Source: an uncultured Methanospirillum sp.
GTDB lineage: Archaea > Halobacteriota > Methanomicrobia > Methanomicrobiales > Methanospirillaceae
DNA length: 64,000 bases
NCBI GenBank assembly: GCA_964637135.1
Contig: CAZWTX010000007.1
Coordinates: 1 to 64,000 of the forward strand
Reading direction: 5' to 3'
Position numbers and translations under genes: made by a program
Notes under the pieces: model-generated
The model's database searches: none
The model's input: the letters and a program-made list of their open reading frames with translations, nothing else
Told to the model about the DNA's origin: nothing
Part shown: piece after piece, positions 40,201 through 50,378 of the stretch
Layout of the letters: each line of letters starts with the position of its first letter
Numbering within the stretch: the stretch's first letter is position 1

Positions 40201-40861
40201 GATGAGCAGCATCATGACCATTGCAGACAGAAAACAGCGTGAGAAAGAACAACGCCGTAATGAGATCATCAATGCGGCTGAAAAACTCTTCTATGCAAAG
40301 GGTTTTGACAAGGTCACGATGGATGAGATTGCCGATGCTGTCGAGCTCTCCAAGGGCTCGCTCTACCTCGTGTTCAGGAACAAGGATTCGCTGTTCTTTG
40401 CTATCGTCAACAGGATCCACAAGGAATACTTCAGGCAGTTTATGGAGATGCTTGACGAGACGGCACCCGGCGGGGAGCAGATTCGCTGTATGATCGGACA
40501 CCTGGTCGATTACACCAAAGCTCACCGTGAGTACAATGACATGGCCCGTACCTATGGGCCGCTTATCTGGTCCCGGCTTGATACTGAATGCGACACATTG
40601 CTTGCGGAGAATGCGATTGCATTCAATCGCTGGCTCGACCGTGCCATACGAAAGGGGATAGAAGACGGATCTGTCAGGAATGATATCGATCCGACCCTTC
40701 TGGGCGTCTATATCTCGCTCATCAGTCTATCAGTAGTCTCCCCCCTGCCCTCATGGGATAAGGGATTCGAATTGTCAGGAATCGGGTATGAAGGATTTGT
40801 AGACAATTTTCTAAAATTTATTGAACCTTCCATCAGTCACTGTCGAAAAGAAAAAGCATAA
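40187..40861 (+). CDS. TetR/AcrR family regulator (true start probably MSSI or MTIADR)
   Basis: RKQREKEQRRNEIINAAEKLF..KGFDKVTMDEIA...LSKGSLYLVF.NK. Confidence 0.93.
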   Translation: MTPGRMSSIMTIADRKQREKEQRRNEIINAAEKLFYAKGFDKVTMDEIADAVELSKGSLYLVFRNKDSLFFAIVNRIHKEYFRQFMEMLDETAPGGEQIRCMIGHLVDYTKAHREYNDMARTYGPLIWSRLDTECDTLLAENAIAFNRWLDRAIRKGIEDGSVRNDIDPTLLGVYISLISLSVVSPLPSWDKGFELSGIGYEGFVDNFLKFIEPSISHCRKEKA

Positions 40862-41093
40862 AGGAACCACTGAAAACCGGACAAAGTTGGACTTTCGGGT
40901 CCGCATTTTTCCGGGATACCCGTAGCTTCCCGCAGATATCGAGCGGATGCTGTAGTAAAAAACAAAGAATCCGGGGGATTTATCTTCCCGGTAATGCTAT
41001 CGACCATCTGATTACGGCTGAATCCCGGATTAAACCCGGGTTCCAAAGAGAGGAAGCAATGACAACCGGTGATTATCCTGTAGAGGTGCCGTT

Positions 41094-42245
41094 ATGAGTC
41101 CAGAACCATTCACTATCAGAATTTCAAAAGAGACCCTTGCCGATCTGTCCGAACGTCTCGACACAACCCGCTGGCCGGACGAGATAGCCGGCGCCGGGTG
41201 GGAACGTGGAACAAACCGATCGTATCTCAAAGAACTTGCAGAATACTGGCAGAACACATTTGACTGGCCCAGCCAGGAAGCGGCGATCAACCGGTTCTCC
41301 CATTTCCGGTCATTGGTCGATGGAAGGCGGATCCACTTCATCCACGAACATGCCTCATCTCCCGGGAGCATCCCGCTCCTGCTCCTGCACGGCTGGCCGT
41401 CCTCGTTCATGCAGATGCTCCGGATTCTCCCGTATCTGACGGATCCCGAGGGGAACGGAGGTACCGGGAACGATGCGTTTGATGTTGTTGTTCCTTCCCT
41501 GCCTGGCTTTGGGTTCTCTGACCGGCCGGTTGTACCGGGAACCGGCTGCACAAAAGTTGCAGAGATGCTGCACGTCCTGATGACAGAAGAACTCGGGTAC
41601 CACAGGTATGCGGTACGGGCCAGCGATATCGGTGTTGAGATAGCCCGACACCTCGCATATACGCACTCGGAATCGATCATCGGGCTTCATCTGAGCGGGG
41701 CAACCCCGCTGATGGGAGCCCCGCCGGCCGATCTCTCTCCTGAAGAGGTGCAGTTCCTGGGATCCTGCCAGCAGTTCATGATGAGTGAAATGGCGTATTG
41801 TATGCTCCATGCAACTAAACCGGAGACGCTTGCATTCGGGCTTTTTGATTCTCCGGCAGGGATGGCAGCCTGGATTCTCGAGAAGTTTTGGGCTTGGAGC
41901 GATTGTGGCGGGGATATCGAATCCCGTTTTTCAAAAGAAGAACTCCTGGCAAACCTGACGATCTACTGGGCGACCGGAACGATCGGCTCATCGTGCAGGA
42001 TCTATTACGAGTCCATGCATAATCCGTCCCCGTCCGCAGGAAAGAAGATTACGGTGCCAACCGGGATGGCACAGTTTCCAAAGGATCTGATACCTGCCTG
42101 CCGGGCCTGGGAGGAACGGTTCTACCATCTGCGGCATTGGACCACGATGTCCAAAGGCGGGCATTTTGCCGAACATGAGGAACCGGAGCTGTTGGCCGAG
42201 GATATTCGCGTATTCTTCCGATCTTTGAGGAGGCCGGGGCAATAA
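41094..42245 (+). CDS. Epoxide hydrolase (microsomal type, with EHN domain)
   Basis: PEPFTIRI...TRWPD, LLLLHGWP, VVPSLPGFGFSD, nucleophile ASDIG, RIYYE, GGHFAEHEEP. Confidence 0.93.
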   Translation: MSPEPFTIRISKETLADLSERLDTTRWPDEIAGAGWERGTNRSYLKELAEYWQNTFDWPSQEAAINRFSHFRSLVDGRRIHFIHEHASSPGSIPLLLLHGWPSSFMQMLRILPYLTDPEGNGGTGNDAFDVVVPSLPGFGFSDRPVVPGTGCTKVAEMLHVLMTEELGYHRYAVRASDIGVEIARHLAYTHSESIIGLHLSGATPLMGAPPADLSPEEVQFLGSCQQFMMSEMAYCMLHATKPETLAFGLFDSPAGMAAWILEKFWAWSDCGGDIESRFSKEELLANLTIYWATGTIGSSCRIYYESMHNPSPSAGKKITVPTGMAQFPKDLIPACRAWEERFYHLRHWTTMSKGGHFAEHEEPELLAEDIRVFFRSLRRPGQ

Positions 42246-42277
42246 CCCGCGGCGGCTATTTCCGGCACTGGCCTGGT

Positions 42278-43762
42278 ATGGCACCAGTACTGTTCACTAT
42301 GGAGAGAGATATGACAACAATCAACGACAAAAACAATAAAAAACCCGGCATCCCCGGCTGTATCCGGAAGATGTCCCCGTGCGAACGGTTCTTCTTCATG
42401 AGCCCGGCCTGCACGGTGATAATGGCGGCTCGGATAACCGGCACTATTGATGAAAAACGGTTCCGGCGGGCACTTGCAGCGGTCAGCCAGGTCCACCCGC
42501 TGCTTCAGGCAAAGGTAGTATTCGATGACCGGTACGAGGCATGGTTCTCATCCGATGATGTCCCGGAAGTCCCGTTAAGGATTGTCCCGCGTACATCGGA
42601 TAGCCATTGGGTGGAGGAATTGAAAGAAGAGGCGCGGGTACCGTTTGATATCGGTAGGGGGCCGCTGGTAAAATGTGTGCTTGTGCAGTCCCCGGTGGTG
42701 TCTGACCTCATAATTTTCTGCAACCACTCCATCTGCGACGGGATGGCGCTTGCCATTCTTATTCGGGATATTCTCGTACAGTATGCTAATCCCGATAAGG
42801 ATGTCCGCGTACTGAATCCACCGGATGCGCTGGACCTCCAGAAACATGGAATCTCCCTGATGGGGATTATCTCACGGGCCATTTCGGCATATGCCAACTG
42901 GAAATGGAATAAGAATCCCCATTATTTCGGCCCGGAAGAGTACGCCGCCCTGTACCGTGGCTACTGGGAAGGACGCAGGCCCGGTCTCGTTCTCTTCGAG
43001 TTTGATCCGGCAGAATCCGCATGCCTGCAGGCTGCCTGCCGTGACCATGGTGTTACGATTGGATCGGCAGTCTCGGCGGCATGCCTTGCAGCCCGTGCGG
43101 ATATTATCGGGGGCTTTATAAAAAGCCAGCAGACCGTTCTCGTACCTTTCGATCTGCGGAGACGGGTTCAGCCCCCCGTCGGGGACGTTTTCTGTTTCTG
43201 TGCCGGGGGGATCCGGGTACCGTTTGCATATTCACCGGAAAAACCGTTCTGGGATAACGCCGCTGCATTGCACAAGATCATCCACACGCGACTGGAGAAC
43301 CTGTCCCCTGCCGATTCCGATCTGCCGGCTTTTGAACCTTCACTCATCGATGCCCTTGCAGGATTCGGTGTGTTTACCGACAAGGTTCCCGAAGCATATA
43401 CGAAAACAGCAATCCTGCAGCGGTTTGCCGCTGATACCGGAAACGTTGTCGTCTCGTTCAACCGCAATATCGACCAGACCTTTCCCGGGTTTACGCCCTC
43501 AAATCTGGGCCGAATCGATATGCCGGGATTCAATGAAGGTCCCCGGCTGGAACGGCTGGTCTTCCTGCCGGCCTCAAGCGAGATCAACCCGCTAGTGCTG
43601 GGTGGGATCGGGATTAATGGCACGATGACATTCTCCCTGCTCTTTGTCGACCCCCCGGCGAAAACCGGTGTCTCACCGGAACCGGAGATGATCCGGATCC
43701 GGAACCGGGCGCTGGAACTGCTCGGGTTCCCGGAAAAAGTACACCCGTCTGCTCTGGAGTGA
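42278..43762 (+). CDS. Stand-alone condensation-domain / CoA-dependent acyltransferase
   Basis: VHPLLQ, PFDIGRGPLV, NHSICDG (HxxxDG), ACRDHGVTI, FDLRRR, SNLGR. Confidence 0.85.
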   Translation: MAPVLFTMERDMTTINDKNNKKPGIPGCIRKMSPCERFFFMSPACTVIMAARITGTIDEKRFRRALAAVSQVHPLLQAKVVFDDRYEAWFSSDDVPEVPLRIVPRTSDSHWVEELKEEARVPFDIGRGPLVKCVLVQSPVVSDLIIFCNHSICDGMALAILIRDILVQYANPDKDVRVLNPPDALDLQKHGISLMGIISRAISAYANWKWNKNPHYFGPEEYAALYRGYWEGRRPGLVLFEFDPAESACLQAACRDHGVTIGSAVSAACLAARADIIGGFIKSQQTVLVPFDLRRRVQPPVGDVFCFCAGGIRVPFAYSPEKPFWDNAAALHKIIHTRLENLSPADSDLPAFEPSLIDALAGFGVFTDKVPEAYTKTAILQRFAADTGNVVVSFNRNIDQTFPGFTPSNLGRIDMPGFNEGPRLERLVFLPASSEINPLVLGGIGINGTMTFSLLFVDPPAKTGVSPEPEMIRIRNRALELLGFPEKVHPSALE

Positions 43763-43768
43763 GAGATT

Positions 43769-43828
43769 ATGTCACCAGTACGCGTCAATGGTTGTAATAT
43801 GTATTATGAGACCCGGGGGTTGCAATGA
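43769..43828 (+). pseudogene. 19-codon remnant of an alpha/beta hydrolase N-terminus
   Basis: MSPVRVNGCNMYYETRGLQ* resembles MPTVHVNDIDMYYEIHGEG at 44577. Both follow gagattatg, and the remnant's stop overlaps the next ATG. Confidence 0.65.
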
Positions 43829-44526
43829 CCAGCCCATCTGCCAATGAAACGAGCACCTTCAGCCTCCGGCTCCGGGGTTTTCTTCACGGCCTCTTCGTCC
43901 CCGTCCTCATGGGGACCATCCTCTTCCTATCGGCCGGTACCATTGCATGGCCTGCGGCATGGATGATCCTCGTGGTTATTTTCCTGGCATTCACGGTTGC
44001 CATGCTGACTATCAGTCCCGGTCTTGTCGCGGAACGTACGCAGAAGCAGACCGGCGCAAAAAAGTATGACCGGAACCTGGTCAGGGTAATGAACTTCACC
44101 GGGCTTCTCCTGCTTCTCGTCGCAGGCCTTGATTTCCGGTTCGGATGGACCGGCCAGATCGCCTTTCCCGTCCAGGCATCTGCCTTTATCCTGTTCCTCT
44201 TCGGGAACTGTCTCTTCACCTGGGCAATTATCTCGAACCGGTTCTTCTCACTTATCGTGCGGATCCAGCATGAAAACGGCCATCATCCGGTAACCCATGG
44301 TCCTTACCGCTATGTCAGGCACCCCGGGTATCTCGGGCTCCTTCTCACGTTCCTGGCCCAACCGGTTATTCTCGGCTCGCTCTGGGCATTCATCCCGGCG
44401 ATCGTTGCTTCGGCGCTTCTCGTGAAACGGACCGAACTCGAAGACGGGACGCTCAAACTTGAACTTGAGGGATATGAGAATTACACGCATCAGGTCGGGT
44501 ACCGGCTGATACCGGGGGTATGGTGA
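43825..44526 (+). CDS. Isoprenylcysteine carboxylmethyltransferase / PEMT-family membrane methyltransferase
   Basis: NRFFS..VRIQ, GPYRYVRHPGY, RTELED..L, Y...VGYRLIPGVW. Confidence 0.92.
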   Translation: MTSPSANETSTFSLRLRGFLHGLFVPVLMGTILFLSAGTIAWPAAWMILVVIFLAFTVAMLTISPGLVAERTQKQTGAKKYDRNLVRVMNFTGLLLLLVAGLDFRFGWTGQIAFPVQASAFILFLFGNCLFTWAIISNRFFSLIVRIQHENGHHPVTHGPYRYVRHPGYLGLLLTFLAQPVILGSLWAFIPAIVASALLVKRTELEDGTLKLELEGYENYTHQVGYRLIPGVW

Positions 44527-44576
44527 CCGGGAGAAATACAGAATGACTGACAAATCAGCGGAGATTGGGTGAGATT

Positions 44577-45329
44577 ATGCCAACCGTACACGTTAACGAC
44601 ATCGATATGTATTACGAAATCCATGGCGAGGGATACCCGCTCGTTATGATCCTCGGGATGGGTATGAACGTAGCATCGTTCAACAACCCGGATATTATCC
44701 GGATGTTTGCAGAACAGTATCAGGTTATTGCCTCCGATAACCGGGGAGTCGGAAGGACCGGCAAACCGGATGAACCTTTCACCGTGGAGACCATGGCTCA
44801 GGATACCATTGGTCTCATGGATGCTCTTGGCATCCGACGGGCACATGTGAAGGGAGGATCCCTTGGAGGTGCTGTTGCCCAGATTCTTGCAGCGGAGCAT
44901 CCTGAACGGGTGAACGGTCTGGTGCTGTCCGGGGCAGCAAGCCGGTATGCCCTGTGGATGAAGGCGATGGTCTGTCTGATACCAAAGATTCCGTTCATGC
45001 GGAAAAAATCAGTTCAGATGGCCGAGCCCCTCTTTCAGGAACCATATCCGCCAACGGAAACAACATTTCTGAACCAGTGCGTAGCAGGAGCCACATTCGA
45101 CGGGAGGAAATACCACAGCAGGATACGGGCACCAACCCTGATCATCGGCATGACGCACGACCAGTATGTCCCCATGAAATTCACCCGCGAACTTGCGACA
45201 GGAATCCGGGGATCCCGACTTGAACTGATCGAGCGGGACCACCTGTCCGTCCTCAAAGAACCGGAACTAATTGTTCGGCCGGCATTGGAGTTCCTGCAGG
45301 AAGTTGATCGGGGGATGGAAATTTCATAA
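44577..45329 (+). CDS. Alpha/beta hydrolase
   Basis: DNRGVGRT, GGSLGG nucleophile elbow, APTLII...D, DH. Confidence 0.9.
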   Translation: MPTVHVNDIDMYYEIHGEGYPLVMILGMGMNVASFNNPDIIRMFAEQYQVIASDNRGVGRTGKPDEPFTVETMAQDTIGLMDALGIRRAHVKGGSLGGAVAQILAAEHPERVNGLVLSGAASRYALWMKAMVCLIPKIPFMRKKSVQMAEPLFQEPYPPTETTFLNQCVAGATFDGRKYHSRIRAPTLIIGMTHDQYVPMKFTRELATGIRGSRLELIERDHLSVLKEPELIVRPALEFLQEVDRGMEIS

Positions 45330-45356
45330 TCCACACCAATACTACCAGAGATTTGG

Positions 45357-46004
45357 GTGATGCAGACGAGTAACAGAAAAAACACATCTGAGAATTATTT
45401 ATTCCTTGTTGAAAAAGCAAAGGAGCTTGGCGCCGCTGATGCAATGGTGATCCCGGCATATGAGATCGTTGTTGAGAACCGCGTGCTCATGAAATGCCGG
45501 ACAGGTTGCATCGGGTACGGGAAGAAGCTGACCTGTCCGCCGTACGTGCCGACTCCCGATGAGTTCCGGAAGATCCTTTCCGAGTACCGCTATGCCCTGC
45601 TCGTCAAGTGCCTCTCTCCGGCAGAGGCGGAGCCGGACGTGATCTGCTCGATATACAAATACTGGCTCGACCCGGAGGCGCCGGCTGATAAAAAGGAGAA
45701 GGCAACTCAGTTTTGGAAAGACCATTTCAACGGTACCGGTGCATTCGCCCCGATGATGCTTGAACTCGAGCGGACGGCGTTCAATGCCGGCAACCCGTTT
45801 GCCCTTGCGTTCATCAATGGCTCATGCCGGCTCTGTGAGACCTGTAACGTGAAGGGAGGAATCTGCATTCATCCAACGCAGGCCCGGATCCCCGAGCATG
45901 CCGTTGGTGTGAACATGGTGAAGACGGCAGAGAAGGCGGGAATGCCGATCCGGTTCCCGGTGCAGGGGCACCCCGAGCTGATGGCGCTGCTGTTGATCGA
46001 CTGA
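45357..46004 (+). CDS. DUF2284 Cys-rich putative metal-binding protein
   Basis: KCRTGC..YGKKLTCPP, GSCRLCETC, CIHP. Confidence 0.85.
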   Translation: MMQTSNRKNTSENYLFLVEKAKELGAADAMVIPAYEIVVENRVLMKCRTGCIGYGKKLTCPPYVPTPDEFRKILSEYRYALLVKCLSPAEAEPDVICSIYKYWLDPEAPADKKEKATQFWKDHFNGTGAFAPMMLELERTAFNAGNPFALAFINGSCRLCETCNVKGGICIHPTQARIPEHAVGVNMVKTAEKAGMPIRFPVQGHPELMALLLID

Positions 46005-46051
46005 TATCGGATGAGAAACAAGGAAGAATCATAAAAGTAGCGGACGGGAAG

Positions 46052-46510
46052 ATGCAGGAATACGAATCGTCCATGAACAGGTAGAAATCCGGGAGCATCA
46101 CGGCAGAAGGGGTGGCTTTCATGCGTTTTTCGGAATCGGCAAAGCCAGAAGGTAAACGCATCTGTTAGGATCCGTACGAGATCCGGTTCATCCATCCGGA
46201 GGTGCTTGCCCTCGTCCGTGGATAGGGAGCAGAAAAGTCTGAGGAGTCGCGGGCAGCATACGAAAAAGCTTTTCCAGGACACCGGGATTCGTTCCTGACC
46301 CAGGTCAGGTTCTTTGACGATACACTGCAGCAGGAGATTGCCAGGGAATATTGCAGGTCGTTATCCTTGGGGCCGGTTTTGATTCCCGGGCCTATCGCAT
46401 TGAAGGCATCCGGAACGCCCGGGTCGTTGAAGTTGACCAGGAAGAGACACAAACCGTAAAATGAATTATGTCTCGCAGATCTTCGGGTCGCTGTCTTCAC
46501 ATGATCTCTG
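46052..46510 (+). pseudogene. Third LCM/TIGR00027-like methyltransferase copy, decayed and truncated
   Basis: MQEYESSMNR*KSGSITAEGVAFMRFSESAKPEGKRIC*DPYEIRF...G*...VRFFDD, then after a frameshift QVVILGAGFDSRAYRIE...EVDQEETQ. Confidence 0.85.
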
Positions 46511-46622
46511 ATTACAACCGGTATTCAGACCTCCCAAACCGCGTGTTTTACTCTGCCGTGGTCAAACCGTTGAAAACAAGCGAATCTATATCCCCTGATC
46601 TGACTCAGTCAGGTTTACAAGG

Positions 46623-48077
46623 ATGGAACCGTTGAAGGGGAAGATAACTTCAGAATTATTCCGGAGACCGTCCATCTCTGATATCCTGGAGCAGGTTTCC
46701 GGTACCCGGAAAGATCTTTACCGGCATCTTCGGACTCCCGATCTGGTGATCATGGGGATCGGGACGATGATCGGTGTCGGAATCTTTGTCATCACCGGGA
46801 TCGCTGCCGGACAGTACGCAGGACCGGCTATCATCATCTCATTTCTCATCGCAGCACTGACCTGCCTGATGGCCGCTTTCTCGTATGCAGAGTTTGCCTC
46901 CATCGTCCCGATTACCGGGAGTGCATACACGTACGGGTATGTCTCCCTCGGTGAGATCATCGCCTGGATCATCGGCTGGGATCTTATCCTTGAGTATCTG
47001 GTCGATGCTGCAACCGTATCCATCGGCTGGTCAGAATATGCACTAACCCTGTTATCGGATACAGGATATTCGGTTCCTGCTCACCTGAGCCATAGCGTAT
47101 TCGTCTCCGGAGGGCTCATCAATCTCCCGGCAGTGATAATCATTCTGCTTCTGACCGGGGTGATCTGGTATGGGGTGAAAGAGACTGCACGGCTTGCATG
47201 GGCAGTCGTCGGGATCAAACTGGTGATCATCGCATTCTTTCTCATCATTGCCATACCGACGATCGATACTGCCCATTTCCATCCGTTCATGCCATTCGGA
47301 TGGGGTGGAGTGATGTCCGGAGCGGCAATCATCTTCTTTGCCTTCATCGGGTTCGACGCCCTGACTACGACTTCCGAAGAGGTCATCAATCCGCAAAAGA
47401 CGCTCCCCCGGGCGATCCTCGTAACCCTTATCCTGGTAACGGTTTTGTATCTCGTGGTCGCCACTACCCTGGTCGGGATGGTCCCATATCAGGAACTTGG
47501 AAAAACCGCTGCTCCACTCATCTTAGCCCTGACCGAGACCGGTAACGGATGGGCTGCACCGATCATCTCGGCCGGGGCGATTGCCGGCATCACTTCTGTT
47601 ATACTCGTGTATCTTTACGGTCAGTCACGGATTCTCTATGCCATGTCCTGCGACGGGTTAATTCCGGCCTTCTTCTCTCAGGTTGACTCCAAACATCACA
47701 GCCCGGAGAAATCACTGCTCATCTCCGGAGTTGCGGGGGCAATCCTGGCCGGTTTTCTTCCAATAGAAATCCTCGCCGAGATGACGAATATCGGAACCCT
47801 GGCTGCATACTGTGTGGTCTCGGCAAGTGTGATCATCCTTCGGAAGACCCAGAAAGATCTTGTCCGGCCTTTCCGGTGTCCTTTTGTCCCCTGGATCCCC
47901 CTGCTGGGTATCATCCTCTGCGGATATCTCATCATCTCCCTCTCCTTTGGAACCTGGCTCAGGTTTGTTGTCTGGCTTGGGATCGGTCTTCTGATCTACT
48001 GGGTATACGGCAGAAAACACAGTCTCCTGCGGAGAAGAGATGAATCGGGCAGGGATAGTGACCTTCTAGGAGGTTAG
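46623..48077 (+). CDS. APC family amino acid permease
   Basis: GTMIGVGIF, YAEFAS..P..GSAYTY, FFAFIGFD, EEVINPQK, RPFRCP. Confidence 0.95.
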   Translation: MEPLKGKITSELFRRPSISDILEQVSGTRKDLYRHLRTPDLVIMGIGTMIGVGIFVITGIAAGQYAGPAIIISFLIAALTCLMAAFSYAEFASIVPITGSAYTYGYVSLGEIIAWIIGWDLILEYLVDAATVSIGWSEYALTLLSDTGYSVPAHLSHSVFVSGGLINLPAVIIILLLTGVIWYGVKETARLAWAVVGIKLVIIAFFLIIAIPTIDTAHFHPFMPFGWGGVMSGAAIIFFAFIGFDALTTTSEEVINPQKTLPRAILVTLILVTVLYLVVATTLVGMVPYQELGKTAAPLILALTETGNGWAAPIISAGAIAGITSVILVYLYGQSRILYAMSCDGLIPAFFSQVDSKHHSPEKSLLISGVAGAILAGFLPIEILAEMTNIGTLAAYCVVSASVIILRKTQKDLVRPFRCPFVPWIPLLGIILCGYLIISLSFGTWLRFVVWLGIGLLIYWVYGRKHSLLRRRDESGRDSDLLGG

Positions 48078-48574
48078 ACCCTCGAAGATCCATGAGGGGT
48101 TATCTCCGAGCAATGGTATGATAGTATTAGTTACATCCGGACTCTGTGTCAGTCCCGATTCGCACAGCCATCTGATCTGGAGGATCATACCTTCACCCTT
48201 GTCAGATGGATCGGTCTTGTCAGTGGAAAACCCAGACAGGTGTTGCCAGATAGATGAAATTGCAGGACTGATCCAGGCATACATGATAGCCAATGTTCTG
48301 GGCTTCGCTTCAGCGGTATGGTAGAGCGGACTTGTCGGTACGATGCACACCCTCATAAAAACGCAAAAAGTCGTCGCATTAACGGGAATCCAACGTCCGA
48401 ACAGGATACTAACGATGATGCCATGAAATATCCTGGATCCTTTTTTCATTCCTGACGAAAAGGAACCGGTCTCTGATTAATCGTGAAAAGTTAGTCAGGA
48501 CTGGCCGGTTCTCATTTTTGCCGGTGATCGGGGTTAGGTTTTTACTCCGGGGTATTGTCCCCCGGTTAGCGTGA

Positions 48575-49327
48575 TCACCGGGATTCCTTCTTCATGATGA
48601 AGAAGGTATAGCCGTATTCACCCGGATACTTCCGGCGGATTTCCATCTCCCATTCAAGGCCACGGATTATCTCCTGTGCATCGGGATTGTTTGCATACTT
48701 TTCTTTCAGCATTCCCAGTCGATCAGTTAACGGATGGTAGAAATTATCCCACCAGGCTGAATCCGGGAGGCGGAATGAACCGACGAGTGAATATCCTTCG
48801 TTTTGGATCATCTCTTCCACTTCTGATTCGGTTGGCATACCCGGAGAGATTGCATCGAAGAATTCTTTACATTCTAGCGATGGGGTATCGGTATACCACG
48901 TGCAGTCAGAAAATACGAGGTACCCCCCCGGTTTCAAAAATTTCTTCCAGGTTTGCAGAGCCGGTAATATCCCGATAATGAATGATGAACCTTCAGCCCA
49001 GACGATGTCAAATGAACCGGCGTCAAACGGCAGGCTGTCCATCGATGCCTGACGGGTGACAATACGGTTGTCAACCCCTGCCTTTTTTGCCCGGGTTAAA
49101 ACCGCATCAAGGAAGGGCTGGTAAATATCGGTTGCAGTCACCCGGCTTTCCGGGCAGAGCCTTGCCAGGGCAACGGTCTGCATACCGGATCCACATCCGA
49201 TATCCAGGATCTTCCCCTTTTTGGGAGGGGACGGGATGAAGGTACTGGCAAACGCCGTTGATTCCTCCGACCCCGGACCCTGTCGTGGCAGCTCTTCAAA
49301 CATTGAACAAATAAGTGTTACATCCAT
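48575..49327 (-). CDS. Class I SAM-dependent methyltransferase
   Basis: LPRQGPGS, ILDIGCGSG, FDIVWAEGS, LKPGG, EYGYTFFI. Confidence 0.92.
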   Translation of the reverse strand: MDVTLICSMFEELPRQGPGSEESTAFASTFIPSPPKKGKILDIGCGSGMQTVALARLCPESRVTATDIYQPFLDAVLTRAKKAGVDNRIVTRQASMDSLPFDAGSFDIVWAEGSSFIIGILPALQTWKKFLKPGGYLVFSDCTWYTDTPSLECKEFFDAISPGMPTESEVEEMIQNEGYSLVGSFRLPDSAWWDNFYHPLTDRLGMLKEKYANNPDAQEIIRGLEWEMEIRRKYPGEYGYTFFIMKKESR

Positions 49328-50378
49328 GAGGCCGTACTGTTCGAACTCGGCCTACAAACCCTTTGTGTACAATTTCTGAAAAAAGAATGGGGAAACCCGA
49401 ATCAGAGAGCAGGACGCCGGGATATTTCCTTACCCGTGGATTTGGGATAGTACGATAATCAGGAGAACACAATCCCTCTCACCAGCAGATCATGGTTCCG
49501 GAGGGTGCCTCTGATCCCTGCCTCGATCCGGAAACCGGCCTGGTCACCGGAGAAGAATTAGATCTTTTCCGGGAACCCGGAAATCTCCCTGCCCGGGAGT
49601 GGATCTGAAATGCAGGTCTGCTTCATCATTGCCAGGATCTCATGCTTCCGGTCTGGTGCAAACCGGTTCCTCCCCTTCTGTGATGCCCCGGTTACCGGTT
49701 CTGATTCCGTGAGATACATATCTGGTTATATTAATAAATTAGATGATATATTTTTCTGTTGAATAAAGGAGATCTTTTTTTTATAATTCTTCTCTTAACG
49801 GAAAATCACCCGACCGCGTAATGACGTTCCCGGCCAGTCTGTTCGGTGAGTGGTGAAGTATAAAAACTGGTGGGAGGAGTACCCCTTTTTCCAAGGAAGA
49901 TTACTGAATTCTACTCGTAACAGAGTAGAATCGCCAGGTATATCATCCACTCATTTGGGCACTCATTTATGTTTACTATCGGGATAGGCATCTCTGGAGA
50001 TGGAACAGAGATCTCTTTCAGGTTTTTTTATGATATTACATGCCTCTTGGGAGTACCTATGAAATATTTCAGCATCCTTCTGTTGATTCTGGTTTTTCTT
50101 TGATGTACCGAGGCTATAACAGAAAAGAACCAGATGGTTATTGGTGCAGAAAGATTCAGATGGCGGGTATTTCTGGAAGTCCATTGCCATGTACCTATAA
50201 GAGACCGAGACCAGCGTGCCGCTCATCGGGGTGAATAATACCTATCTGCAGCATTTGAACGGTTAATGTATGCAATGAGCGAAATTTCTCTCCTTGTATT
50301 TTTACATACAAGTGTCGATATAGGGAATCAAGCACTTCACAGGAAAGGCTATATTTCACCTTGTTTTATAATTAGAGC

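Noticed and set aside
37602..46510. Genome-wide reassignment of TAG
   Set aside because: TAG ends apparently complete genes (29819, 48077, 61519). Where the internal TAGs can be aligned they match different residues (Gln, Tyr), each one substitution away.
48066..48449. 127-aa minus-strand ORF and an IYLATPVW flavodoxin-like snippet in another frame
   Set aside because: No coherent frame and many stops; too weak to call.
49908..49931. Hairpin attctactc-gtaaca-gagtagaat resembling a Cas12a repeat stem
   Set aside because: Single copy with no spacers and no cas genes; more likely an operator or chance.
50059..50238. Signal-peptide-like start MKYFSILLLILVFL followed by TGA
   Set aside because: Likely a decayed remnant with no identifiable family, and no evidence for selenocysteine readthrough.
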